Below are positions 1-15,793 of a stretch of 64,000 bases of DNA, in pieces. The number at the start of each line of letters is the position of its first letter. Position 1 is the stretch's first letter. Below the pieces are notes generated by a model. The model made no database searches, had not been told where the DNA came from, and saw only the letters and a program-made list of their open reading frames with translations. The stretch lies in assembly GCF_009914755.1 (NCBI RefSeq), contig NC_060942.1. One strand, 5' to 3'. Source of the stretch: the human T2T-CHM13v2.0 reference genome, Homo sapiens. The position numbers and the translations under genes are program-made.

Positions 1-2204
1 AACGAAATGTGCAGAAACAGGTGCTACCTCCCAATAAGACCGGTGAAGACACCTTCATTCCCTCTAGTTATGGGGTGAGAAGAGGCTTCACCAGCCGCAT
101 TACAACCAGGTCTGCATGTTACTTTAAGGTGTTTTTTTGTGACTTTATGCTTAGGTCAATGGTTTAGCCAACTGCATCTTGTCCATTCACAGTTTTTCCA
201 CTGCCTATAGAATTCAGTTGAAAATCATTCTTTGGTTGTTTTTGTAGCCATCTGTTGTTTCTGAGTGCCCAGGTACCTTCCTCCCATCTTCTCATAAGAG
301 AACCCCTTTTTAGGGGGATAATTCCCTTCTCTTCATGAGGTCCTGATGAGGCTGCCAATCCAAGTACCTAGATGCCCTGGCCACAGGTGGGAGAGTGAGT
401 CTGTTACATGAGTCTGTCATGTGGGGTGATGTGGGGTCCATCCTCAAGAACATCATCATTATCTCAGGATGGACACAGCATCTGTTAGGTCTATCAGAGT
501 CCTCATCTGGGAAAACAGGAGACAGAAGCGCTGCGTTTACTCTGGGATGACACAAGTCCAGAGTGGTATAAACCCCCCTCACTTTCTTCCTCTCCATCGA
601 GCAAGCCATTGACTATTGGAGGAAATACTGACTGCTCCAGTGGAAGAAAGAAGAGGATGATAGATGGAAAGAGGAAGGAGGGAGACAGAAAAGACAGGGC
701 GGGAGAGGGAGTGAGAGGGGGAAGAAAGTAGAAACAAAGGGAAGGAAAGTGGATAACTGGAGGAAACTAACATTGGTCCAATCCTCGGAGCTCCTGAGGC
801 CACTTCCACTGCTAACTTTGAAGGATCCAGGTCAATAGATGTCCCCTTTAGCTTAAGCTGCCTTTTGTACTCTGTGTCTTCTCCATGTCCAGGGGCACCT
901 AACTAGATTCATTCACCAGTCTCTTTGCAGTTCAGGGTAGCCTGTGACTGGATCTGGTGATTACGATGTTGACACAAGTCGGGCCTGGCTTTGTCCTCTC
1001 CCATCTCCCCCATGGTCCCATCTCCCCTATGGTATCCCCCTGGCCCTTTTCTCTTTCTGAGCAGCTGGAATGAAACACCTTGAGGAAGGCCTTGGAAGCC
1101 AAGTGTGCAAGAGACAGCAAGTTCTCTGAATGACTACAGCCAAGAGGAAGGCCCCACTGACTGTTCAGCTGACACTGTCTCAGCTATCTCAAAGTTTGGC
1201 CATTTTTTAATAGCAGTAAGTAGTTCTGTGACTAATATATTGGGTTTCTGTCATGTGAAACAAATCCTAAGAACATAGGGATTGTTAAGAACATTTTGAC
1301 ACCAAGAATGGCATAAGAATGGTATACATGCATTGACAAAAATGATTTGGGAGGACATTACTCACTACTCAGAAAGCAGCTCCTCCACAGAGCAGAAGGC
1401 TTGCTCCACTGGGTAGGGCAGGTGCAACAAAAGAAGCCAGCATGTCTGATATCCTCACCTCTGCCTGACACCACATCCCAGCCCATCCACAGGTGAAGAA
1501 AAAAAGGTGAATCTGGTCCTTCTCTCTTTAAGTTGCCCAACTTTGCTGCTGGAGAAACTCCACTCACTGGGGTACCGTACTTAGTTTAGACTGTCATTTT
1601 CTAAGTGGCCAGGGTAACCTGACAGTGTTCCCATAAGGTTCAAATTTTATTTAATTTCTAAAATAAAATATGTTCCATCTAGGTGAGCAGGAAGTCAAGT
1701 CTGTCCTCAGGAGCTTCCTCATGGAAAATCTCCAAGGGACTCAATGTGATGCACTCTGACCCATGAGCCACGTGCTCCCTGCCTGCCAGGAGGGCAGGAG
1801 CCCAGATTCTCTCTGCCTCCACCTCCATAGCCCAGACCTCCAGACAGCCCCGCCCTGGGCTTCGTCCATCCATCCCCACTGGCTGCCCCAGCAGACACCT
1901 ATAGCTGCAGGGGAACTTGAGAATGAGGGCATCTGGAAGAAAGTCTGCCCCACCTCAACAATGTCCACAGCTTGCATCAGCTGGTCTGAGTATTCTGCAG
2001 TTTTGAAATAACAAGATGCCTGATAAAACAGATCCTGGCCACATACTCACTGGGCAAACCAAGCATTCTACACACTTGCTACTTCAGTGGCGACCAAAAA
2101 GGAGGTGGTGGTGGTGGCTGCTGCTGTACAAGGGAGGACTACATTGGCTGCTGTCAACACATTGATTGACTGCCATCAAGAATGAGCAGGGGCAGGTGCC
2201 AGTT

Positions 2205-2218
2205 AAGATTAAAATGTC
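2205..2218 (+). repeat. 5' target-site duplication of the L1 insertion (AAGATTAAAATGTC) at a TT/AAGA endonuclease site
   Basis: Matches 8880-8893 (AAGATTAAAGTGTC) at 13/14. It is preceded by TT, fitting the L1 endonuclease consensus. Confidence 0.88.
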
Positions 2219-3126
2219 GAGGAGGAGGAGCCAAGATGTCCGAATAGGAACAGCTCCGGTCTACAGCTCCCAGCGTGAGCGACGCAGAAGACGGGTGATT
2301 TCTGCATTTCCATCTGAGGTACCGGGTTCATCTCACTAGGGAGTGCCAGACAGTGGGCGCAGGCCAGTGTGTGTGCGCACCGTGCGCGAGCCGAAGCAGG
2401 GCGAGGCATTGCCTCACCTGGGAAGCGCAAGGGGTCAGGGAGTTCCCTTTCCGTGTCAAAGAAAGGGGTGACGGACGCACCTGGAAAATCGGGTCACTCC
2501 CACGCGAATATTGCGCTTTTCAGACCGGCTTAAGAAACGGCGCACCACGAGACTATATCCCACACCTGGCTCAGAGGGTCCTACGCCCACGGAATCTCGC
2601 TGATTGCTAGCACAGCAGTCTGAGATCAAACTGCAAGGCGGCAGCGAGGCTGGGGGAGGGGCGCCCACCATTGCCCAGGCTTGCTTAGGTAAACAAAGCA
2701 GCCAGGAAGCTCGAACTGGGTGGAGCCCACCACAGCTCAAGGAGGCCTGCCTGCCTCTGTAGGCTCCACCTCTGGGGGCAGGGCACAGACAAACAAAAAG
2801 ACAGCAGTAACCTCTGCAGACTTAAGTGTCCCTGTCTGACAGCTTTGAAGAGAGCAGTGGTTCTCCCAGCACGCAGCTGGAGATCTGAGAACGGGCAGAC
2901 TGCCTCCTCAAGTGGGTCCCTGACCCCTGACCCCCGAGCAGCCTAACTGGGAGGCACCCCCCAGCAGGGGCACACTGACACCTCACACGGCAGGGTATTC
3001 CAACAGACCTGCAGCTGAGGGTCCTGTCTGTTAGAAGGAAAACTAACAACCAGAAAGGACATCTACACCGAAAACCCATCTGTACATCACCATCATCAAA
3101 GACCAAAAGTAGATAAAACCACAAAG
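2219..3126 (+). promoter_or_regulatory. L1 5'UTR: CpG-rich internal sense promoter and antisense promoter; YY1 site variant at 2239
   Basis: ~908 bp CpG-rich leader upstream of the ORF1 ATG. AAGATGTCC at 2233-2241 replaces consensus AAGATGGCC. Confidence 0.9.
2456..2671 (-). CDS. ORF0: L1 ORF0, primate antisense 71-aa ORF, intact (A2V)
   Basis: Last 71 aa of the 2456..2740 ORF read MVGAPPPASLPPCSLISDCCASNQRDSVGVGPSEPG...VRHPFL. The ATG is the reverse complement of cat at 2669-2671. Confidence 0.85.
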   Translation of the reverse strand: MVGAPPPASLPPCSLISDCCASNQRDSVGVGPSEPGVGYSLVVRRFLSRSEKRNIRVGVTRFSRCVRHPFL

Positions 3127-4143
3127 ATGGGGAAAAAACAGAACAGAAAAACTGGAAACTCTAAAACGCAGAGCGCCTCTCCTCCTCCAAAGGAACGCAG
3201 TTCCTCACCAGCAACAGAACAAAGCTGGATGGAGAATGATTTTGACGAGCTGAGAGAAGAAGGCTTCAGACGATCAAATTACTCTGAGCTATGGGAGGAC
3301 ATTCAAACCAAAGGCAAAGAAGTTGAAAACTTTGAAAAAAATTTAGAAGAATGTATAACCAGAATAGCCAATACAGAGAAGTGCTTAAAGGAGCTGATGG
3401 AGCTGAAAACCAAGGCTCGAGAACTACGTGAAGAATGCAGAAGCCTCAGGAGCCGATGCGATCAACTGGAAGAAAGGGTATCAGCAATGGAAGATGAAAT
3501 GAATGAAATGAAGTGAGAAGGGAAGTTTAGAGAAAAAAGAATAAAAAGAAATGAGCAAAGCCTCCAAGAAATATGGGACTATGTGAAAAGACCAAATCTA
3601 CGTCTGATTGGTGTACCTGAAAGTGATGCGGAGAATGGAACCAAGTTGGAAAACACTCTGCAGGATATTATCCAGGAGAACTTCCCCAATCTAGCAAGGC
3701 AGGCCAACGTTCAGATTCAGGAAATACAGAGAACGCCACAAAGATACTCCTCGAGAAGAGCAACTCCAAGACACATAATTGTCAGATTCACCAAAGTTGA
3801 AATGAAGGAAAAAATGTTAAGGGCAGCCAGAGAGAAAGGTCGGGTTACCCTCAAAGGAAAGCCCATCAGACTAACAGCGGATCTCTCGGCAGAAACCCTA
3901 CAAGCCAGAAGAGAGTGGGGGCCAATATTCAACATTCTTAAAGAAAAGAATTTTCAACCCAGAATTTCATATCCAGCCAAACTAAGCTTCATAAGTGAAG
4001 GAGAAATAAAATACTTTATAGACAAGCAAATGCTGAGAGATTTTGTCACCACCAGGCCTGCCCTAAAAGAGCTCCTGAAGGAAGCGCTAAACATGGAAAG
4101 GAACAACCAGTACCAGCCGCTGCAAAATCATGCCAAAATGTAA
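3127..4143 (+). pseudogene. ORF1: L1 ORF1p (RNA-binding chaperone) interrupted by an in-frame TGA at codon 130
   Basis: MGKKQNRKTGNSK start; REKG, ARR and YPAKLS motifs present. TGA at 3514-3516 where consensus has CGA (CpG decay); the frame is otherwise continuous for 338 codons. Confidence 0.95.
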
Positions 4144-4182
4144 AGACCATCGAGACTAGGAAGAAACTGCATCAACTAATGA

Positions 4183-8034
<3,852 letters not shown>

Positions 8035-8262
8035 ACAATGAGATCACATGGACACAGGAAGGGGAATATCACACTCTGGGGACTGTGGTGGGGTCGGGGG
8101 AGGGGGGAGGGATAGCATTGGGAGATATACCTAATGCTAGATGACACATTAGTGGGTGCAGTGCACCAGCATGGCACATGTATACATATGTAACTAACCT
8201 GCACAATGTGCACATGTACCCTAAAACTTAGAGTATAATTAAAAAAAAAAAAAAAAAAAAAA

Positions 8263-8881
8263 GAAAAAGGAAAAACTTGGAATCAACCTAAATGTCCCAT
8301 CAATAGATGCATGAATAAAGAAAATGTGGCAAATACACAAAATAAAACACTATTCAGCATTTAAAAAGAAGAAAATTCTGACATTTGTGACAACATGGAG
8401 GAACCTGGAGAACATTGTCACTGAAGTAAGCCAAGCACAGAAGGCAATTATCACTTACATACGGAATCTGAAATAATTGAACTCACACAAGTAGAGAATA
8501 CAATGGTGGTTACCAGGGACTGGAGGAGAGGAGGTGTATTGGGGTGATGTGGATACAAAATTTCAGTGAATACAAAAATACAAAATTTTCAGTGGATACA
8601 AAATTTCAATTAGATAGGAGGAATAAGTTCAAGAGGTCTATTGCAAAACATTGTGACTATGGGGAATAACAATGTTTTTTTTTAATTACTAAGAAAAATT
8701 TCTAAGTGTTCTCACCACAAAATCATAAATATGTGAGTAATGCATATATTAATTGGCTAGATTTAGCCTTTTCACAATGTATACATATTTCAAAGTAACA
8801 TGTTGTACACAATAATGTATATAATTTTTGTCATTGTAAAAATAGATAAATCAATATTTTTAAAATAAAAAAAAAAAAAAA
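8263..8881 (+). other. L1 3'-transduced segment (old L1MA-type 3' end) with AATAAA at 8864-8869 and a second poly(A) at 8867-8881
   Basis: Lies between the L1HS poly(A) and the 3' TSD. Sequence resembles the ORF2 end and 3'UTR of L1MA elements (TGGAATCAACCTAAATGTCC...GGAGGAATAAGTTCAAGAG...CTCACCACAAAA). Confidence 0.85.
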
Positions 8882-8893
8882 GATTAAAGTGTC
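8880..8893 (+). repeat. 3' target-site duplication (AAGATTAAAGTGTC)
   Basis: Immediately follows the second poly(A); 13/14 match to 2205-2218. Confidence 0.88.
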
Positions 8894-9439
8894 ATTTGAA
8901 CAACACAAGAGGCCCAGCAGAACAATGCCCCACAGAGCTCTGTTATCTGTCTTTTGCTGAGACATATCCTCCAAATATCTTGCACAGAGAGCAAAGCCAT
9001 TTCATTAGTTTCAAAAGTGCATTCTTAACAAGTGTGGTGTAGAGGCTGAGCATGGAGGTGCTAAATATTTAAAACAGAGTAAAACAGCCTTGTTGGTTTC
9101 CATGTTTGTTTTTTTTTCTTTTAGCACACCTGGATCTTCTTCTTTTTCCTCCTTCTCCTCTTCTTTTTCCTATGGAAATGTACTATTTGTGTGATAATAA
9201 CATAGGCTTTATTAAGAAGCAGTAAACAATCAAAAACTAACCAAATCGAAAATCAAATCAAAACGAATGAAGTCTGGGTTACAGCAAGCTTTGCTAAGGG
9301 CTTTACCACCTTCCAATGGAAACGTGCTCCTCCCACACCCACACTGCAAGGACCATCCTTACAAAAACAGAAACCAAGAAACTCAGTTTGATGAGGTTAG
9401 GCGTAATCTCCACTTTCAACAAATCACTTAGAATTAAAA

Positions 9440-9660
9440 TAATTTTTTTATTATGGAAATTTGTCAAACATAAAAGTGAAAAAAAAAAAAAATAGCATCA
9501 TAAGCCCCATGGATGCCTCTCCCAGTTTTAACAATTATCCAATCATTGCCAATATCGTTTCAACTGTGTCCCCAGCCGGCTCCTCTCCCCTTTCTATAGC
9601 CTCGTTGTGAATTCCAGAGAATATCCATACAGATTTCAGGCTGTATTGTATCAAGAATTA
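9440..9660 (-). mobile_element. Ancient L1 (L1ME/L1MC-type) 3' end fragment
   Basis: TTTTATTATGGAAATTT...CAAACATAAAAGT...CCCAGTTTTAACAATTATC pattern. Confidence 0.5.
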
Positions 9661-9739
9661 TTATTTTTTTAAATCAACCTAGGCTTTGCTTCATGAAACA
9701 GAGATGATCTAAACCAAGGTAAGAGGGCAGTTGACTCAG

Positions 9740-9758
9740 CAGCGCCCCCTGGAGAGCA
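9740..9758 (-). promoter_or_regulatory. Candidate CTCF motif, overlapping an AP-1/MARE site (TGACTCAGCA, 9732-9741)
   Basis: Reverse complement TGCTCTCCAGGGGGCGCTG versus consensus TGGCCACCAGGGGGCGCTA. Confidence 0.55.
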
Positions 9759-9799
9759 GCATGCTCTTTTAGGCCAAGCTATTGAAAAGACCCCATGTG

Positions 9800-10170
9800 T
9801 GCTTGCTGTTGCTCTTACCAAGAGGTAGTGTCTATCTTCCCTCCTCTTCAATCTAGGCAACCTTGTGAGTTGCTTTGACCAAAAAAGGCAGCAGGGATGT
9901 GCTGATTTTAGATCCCTAGGGGCTGGAAGCTTCCATTTCACTCTCAGGCTCTTAGAAGCCAGCCACCATAAAACATAAAATATTCATGTTGGCCCCTGCG
10001 TTATGAGAAACTCTGCTGGGAGCATGGGGGTGTCCCGTTGGAGCCCACGAAGCCTCTGCCCTACCTTCCTACTTAGGTCTTTCCCAGCTATTTCTGAAGA
10101 GCCCAGGGAATCCACACAACAGTGAGAAGAAGACATCGTTGCTGTTAAATCACTAAATGTATGGTCTTAG
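9800..10170 (+). mobile_element. Old MaLR LTR (MLT1 family)
   Basis: CCAAGAGGTAGTGTCTATCTTCCCTCC...TTGTGAGTTGCTTTGACCAA motif. Confidence 0.55.
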
Positions 10171-10394
10171 GAAAATATTTTCAAATGGCAGAAATACAAA
10201 TGTTGTATGAAATTTTAACATGACTCGGTCAAGATTCCACAAAGAAAGTGGAGATCAAAAGAAATGTAAATATACAAGGAGCAGAATGGACATAATCGTG
10301 CAACATGGCGCAACCGCAAGCAGCATAGATCCAGGTGTCACCTTGGCCGGTTCCGTCCTGGCCCCGCAGCTCGCCACTGCCGGGAGGATGGAAA

Positions 10395-10480
10395 GTTGAC
10401 CTCAGTTTTCTCATCTGTAAAATGCAAATTATCCTGCATACCATGTAGGCCTGTCATGAGTATCGAATAAAATAATGAAT
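10395..10480 (+). mobile_element. MIR core fragment
   Basis: CCTCAGTTTTCTCATCTGTAAAATG. Confidence 0.65.
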
Positions 10481-10589
10481 AATAGACATTTCAAATGAGA
10501 AGAGTGGAACTGATGATAACATGAAAGGAAAAGGAGAGATTAAGGTAAGAAAATGGGAGGAGACAAAGCAGAGAAATACAAATAATAAA

Positions 10590-10830
10590 CATTACAAACA
10601 AAAAAGGTAATATCATTACAGAAGTAAAGAAAAATTAGCCTAAGAAAATATTATGTAAACCTCTGAACAAATAAATTTGAAAATCTTGAAGAAATAACTG
10701 TTTTCTGATCATCAGTTTTAACCCAAGAAAAAAATAGAAATCCTGAATAGACAAACTAGAAGGTATCAAAAATATTGTCAAAGCACCACTTTCAACAAAG
10801 ACACAAAAACAAATTATTTAACATTTTTTT
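10590..10830 (+). mobile_element. Degraded ancient L1M ORF2 fragment
   Basis: A-rich; AAATAAATTTGAAAATCTTGAAGAAAT and AGAAATCCTGAATAGAC parallel ORF2 around 5460-5570. Confidence 0.5.
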
Positions 10831-11821
10831 TCCTTTTTATCATTCAAATAGCTGATACTTCTTGCAACAGTTTTAAAACACAGAGCATGAAATCAGTGGA
10901 TATTGGTTTCTATTTATTAATTCTGCTTTGAGATTATTTCTGTTCCTTGTTTTATTTCCTTAGTTTCATAATATTCCTTTTAAATTCGATTTTGTTGTTT
11001 TATCTTAGAAGCGTGATCTCTTGCTTTATTGAGTTTATGTTCTCATAAAAGTATCCTATAGAAATATAAGTATTTATTATAGTTTGTGGAAATTTCTTCT
11101 GATCTTGAATTATTAGTTTCCCAGACTAGTTTTTACTTAAATGATGTATAATAGATTGTGCACCTCTTTTACAATCTATAAGAACAAAAACAGTTTGGAA
11201 AACGAGTATACTGACAGGAAATGTATGATGTGAAACACATATTTAAAATGTATGATAATTAAAATTATATTTTGCAGGCATAAGAATAAACAGCTGATTG
11301 GTTGAAAAATTTCTTTGCAGTATTTGCTGTGTGTACCCATCAATCCCGCCATCCATCTGTCTGCCCATCCATCTATAACTTATCTCTTAAATGTTTTATG
11401 TAACGTCTAAATACCATACTGCTACCTTATTTCCTTCTGGGAATCCCTTTCTGCCTGAACTCTCACTCCTGTGATATTTTCTGAGTCTCTATAGAGAGTA
11501 ACTTTTGCTTTTCCCTGGTAGATCTGAAATGGAAAGGAGGTTAGCTGTGGAGTTGCTCTGGGGAGCCTACAGCTCCCAGGCACCACCATGTAGAGCCATT
11601 TTGGAGGACAGCAGAGCTGTGAGTTGGAGCATGAAAGGATCTTGGTGTTTAGATTCTGAGTTCGGGTGTGCCTGGAGCCAACCCTGTCCCTTAGCCTTCC
11701 AATTAGATTGAACAATACAAGTTTTTTGAAAAAATTATGTATTTTTTTTTTTACTTAAGGCAGTTTGAGTTACCTTGGTTCTAACTGCTATAGTTTTATT
11801 TTCTGAACTTATCTTGAAAAA

Positions 11822-12155
11822 AACAGCTTTATTGAGATATAATCTGCAGACCACTTATGTAAAGTGCTTTTAGCTTTTAGTGTAGCCACATTCTTGTGCA
11901 TCCATCATCGCAATTGTAGAATATCTTCACGATACTGTATTCCTAAGCTATGGTCCTCCCAGTCTCCAGCCCTGAACCACTCCTATTCCCATCCCTAGGG
12001 AACCACTAACCAACTTTCTGTTTCTATAGATTTGGAGCCATACGGTATGTGGTTTCTTGTAGGGTGTACTTCATTCTTTTATATTGCCAATTAATATTCT
12101 ATAGTATCAATGTATCACATTTCATTTATGCATTCATCAGTTGATAGACATTTGA
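11822..12155 (-). mobile_element. Old L1M (L1MB/L1MC-type) 3' end
   Basis: AACAGCTTTATTGAGATATAAT...CAACCACTAA...CATTCATCAGTTGATAGACATTTG. Confidence 0.65.
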
Positions 12156-15100
12156 AGAAGAGTGAAAAGACCCACAAATGAGAACTTTGCTAGTGCTCTA
12201 CTTCTTATATCTTCTTTTTATGCTAAGCTGCCCCTCTGGTGCTCAAACTAACCAGGTCTACAGTGAACATCTATCATTTGGATGCAAAGTTCTTACCTGG
12301 GTCCCTCTTTGACTGCCAAGAACAGAGGAGGTGTCAGAGACGACCTTATCAGCTTCTGTGGAAGCAAAGCTCCACCTTTTGAAGATTTAGACCCCAGAGT
12401 TCACAATTCTAAAATATTAATGATAGGTTTTGAGGACCATGCTGTTGGTGCTCTTTCCAAAAAGCAGACTCTGCTTAACTAGTAATGGCCATGTGTCCAT
12501 TTGGAAGACACCACCCATCCAAACCTAAACACAAACAGATTACTAATCAGGCAGTCCTAAATATTTTAATTCATTTATCAATTCTTATATATTTTTTCCA
12601 TTCCCACTCTACCCTCAACACCTGGGATCGTTGACAGTTGTATGGGAAAATAATAATGCAAGAATACTAACGTTTCCCATTCACATCTCATTCACACCTC
12701 TGCTGAGGTGTGAGCAATCATTCAAGCTTGACCACCAAATGCTGTGAAACACGTTAGGGGAGAGGCAGGTAAGGTGAACTGCTCCAAAGAACCCTGCTCA
12801 ACAGACAAAGGCGGTAATCAGAGAAGAAGTTCACATGATAACCCTTTTTCTCTTCCAGAATGCTCTGGTGGGTTACAATTTATTGAGGCAAAACACCCCT
12901 CGTGAGCTTCCTCTCGGTTTTAAACATCAGTTTCTCAAAATAGTGTAGGCATATTAACTATCAATAAATACTTCTTAGGTTTTTTGATCCCTTCTAACAC
13001 ATCTAACATTTGTCCGCCTTTGGAGCTCGGATCTGTTGTTTGTCTGGCACAAGTCAGCTTCTGGGTAAGGCATGCACATTTTATGGCACCTTATATAGAC
13101 CAGTGAAATAAATACACGAGATGCAAAGCTCAAAGTGATATATTCCAGATCTGACATCTTACCATGGCTTTGAGCTTCAGGCACTGACAAATATTCCACA
13201 CGTACCAACTCTCCCAGAGGAGGAAATATAATGATGTTTATGTTATGCAATATGTAAAATATTTATACGTTGACTTCAACACAAACTGACTATCATTTAA
13301 ATCAGGAGGTGCCGCTCACAATAAAGGCAAGTGACATTATCTGCACCACTCTGTGTAGGCAAAGGGGAACTCAGTACAGCAAATGATCCGTTTATGTACA
13401 GAATAAGATTCCACCAATGTCAGTGTTTTAAAGAATAACAGTTATGGGAAAGGTTTTTAATGTGCTTGCTTCTTCTAGAATTGTTAAATTACCAAGAAGG
13501 GCAAAATGTATGCCTTCCTGACTATTGCCCTTATCTTTAGAATGGGAAAGTCTTTTCTTCTGACAAACCATTTTTTCATGAATAACCTCTTCAATAGCAT
13601 TTAGTTATCATTATTAATAAATTGTTACAGTAATAAATTATATTTTAAACATTTTATTAAATGCAGTTCTCATGTACTTAAAATAAATTGCAAAGCCGGC
13701 TTTTTTCATGGTATTTAATATATATAGTATGACACAATGTGCTTTTAATATATTTAATGTTATATACTTTAAAATCTAAGTGTGTTGTACTTTTATGGAA
13801 CTTACTTTATATTCCTTTCTATATGGAAAATGTATTACTTTTTAATATGGGTTCATTGTGCAGTGCCATTAGGAAATAGAGCACGGTTCTTAAAAGTGGT
13901 AACTTTCAGAATTTAAGTACATTAAGTGTGGGGGAGGGGAAGAAACTGCATTATGGTAACATCAAGCATCTAATTGAAACTGACAAAAGCAAGGGGAGAA
14001 ATCTCACACTGACATTGTAATGGCATTCACATTTGCATTGACATCATAACAGTTCTAATGCAAGCACATGAGACACTTCCACGGGCAAAAAAAGACTTCC
14101 CCTGACACTCCACCACTTTTGCACTTTCTTTGGACATGCTATCACTGTCATTCAAGATAAAGATAAAAATATTGTGAAAAACATCTTCAGTTCATGCTTA
14201 TTAGATACTCTCCACAACTGAAATATGGTGTCCATTTTTAAGAGCTTCTTATTTTTAAGCCTCAAAAACACATTGTTTGACTCTCCAGGAAGAATGCATC
14301 ACCAAATTCTCAATCACTTAAAATTGTTTGGTGAAAAAGAAATTGAAAATTGATTTTGCAGAATTTTTTTTTCCTTTGGCATAGCTCCCTAGGGCAAAAA
14401 AAAAAGGGGGCTGCTTCCTTTGAAGCTGTGGTCAATCTTTCTGGTCAGAAGGTATGAAATGGTGAAATCAGATATAGGTGAAAAGTGCCCAGATGAGGCA
14501 AATAATTGATTAATTTAAAGTGAGCCACTGCATCTCATGATTATAATTACTAACCAAATTACTAACCAATCCCTGACCAAATAAGCTAGGGAATCATATT
14601 TCCAGGCTGAAATTCTGGATCTCAGTCTTCACTCTCTTGCCAGCCTAGATGGTTACCAGGTTCCTCCCCTGGCGCCTGTCTTAGAATGCGGTCAGCAATC
14701 CTCCCCTCCCAGCTGGGGCCCCCTGCCTGGTCAGCCACGCTCCCTACCTGCTGATCTCTGCCACTAGCCCCTGGTCTGGCCCCTGCTGGCTACTCCTTGA
14801 CTCCCCTGGTGCCCCATTTGGCTGCAGGACCAGACGTTTCTCCAACACCAGAAAGTGGGTCTGACCTCCTAATGTCTGTCCCTTTCCTGAATCTACCTCT
14901 CAATCTAGACCCCATCTCCTCTCCCATGTCACCTATCACAAATAGGTCACCAGGCTTTGTTTGGTCGTCTCCTCTCAAATGACACAAGCAGGGTCATCTA
15001 GGCCTTCAGGACATTTTCATGTCAACAGGTCAGCTCCCTGTAGAGAAGGTGAATTTTTCTCTCATTTGTTGATTCCACATCCATTCAAAGATACGTGGTG

Positions 15101-15487
15101 AGCACCAGCTCCGAGTCTGACTCTACTGCCCAATTCATCAGCAAATAAGGACCCACCCCCTGCAATCAAGGAGTCCAACCATGAGCAAGTAACCAACCTG
15201 CGAGTCAATGATCTCCAATGCTAATAACACCATGAAAAGGACAGAATGGAGAAATGGGGTTAAGTCAGAAAGAAGGACACTTTCTTCACTCATCAGAGAA
15301 AGTTCCTCTCAGGTCAAAGAGACGCCGGGAGACTGAAGAAGACATCAGGTGGGGATGCCTGAGGAAGTGGGAATCCAGTTTGGTTATGGCAGGGATGGCC
15401 AGGCAGGACCTTGGGGAGAGCCTGACAAGGCCTATGGGTCACGTTCCGGAGTGTGGAAGTCACCAAAGGATTTAAATAGCAAATCCC

Positions 15488-15793
15488 AGCTGGGGGTGGT
15501 GGCTCACACCTGGAATCCCAAGCACTTTGGGACGTCGAAGTGGGTGGATCACTTGAGGCCAGGAGTTCAAGACCAGCCTAGCCAACATGGCAAAACCCCA
15601 CCTCTACTAAAAATACAAAAATTAGCCAGGTCTGGTAGCGTGCACCTGTAATTCCACTACTCAGGAGGCTGAGGCAGGAGAATTGCTTGAATCCGGGAGG
15701 CAGAGGTTGCAGTCAGCATGCCACTGCACTCCAGGCTGGGCGACAGAGTGAAACACTGTCTCAGATAAATAAATAAGTAAATAAATAAATAAA
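15488..15793 (+). mobile_element. AluS (Sz/Sx-like)
   Basis: Dimeric Alu with central A5TACA linker and (TAAA)n tail. Confidence 0.92.

Noticed and set aside
270-1320. Possible old ERVL LTR (LTR16/LTR33-like) fragments, also near 11500-11790 and 46700-47190
   Set aside because: Too diverged to assign family or boundaries without a profile search.
8263-8866. Pre-existing L1MA into which the L1HS inserted
   Set aside because: No L1MA sequence 5' of the L1HS and no TSD at 8263; the TSD lies beyond the second poly(A).
12760-13070. Splice-like signals (CAG|GTAAGG at 12768, polypyrimidine-CAG at 12858, GG|GTAAGG at about 13064)
   Set aside because: Such motifs are frequent by chance; no coding frame or transcript evidence available.
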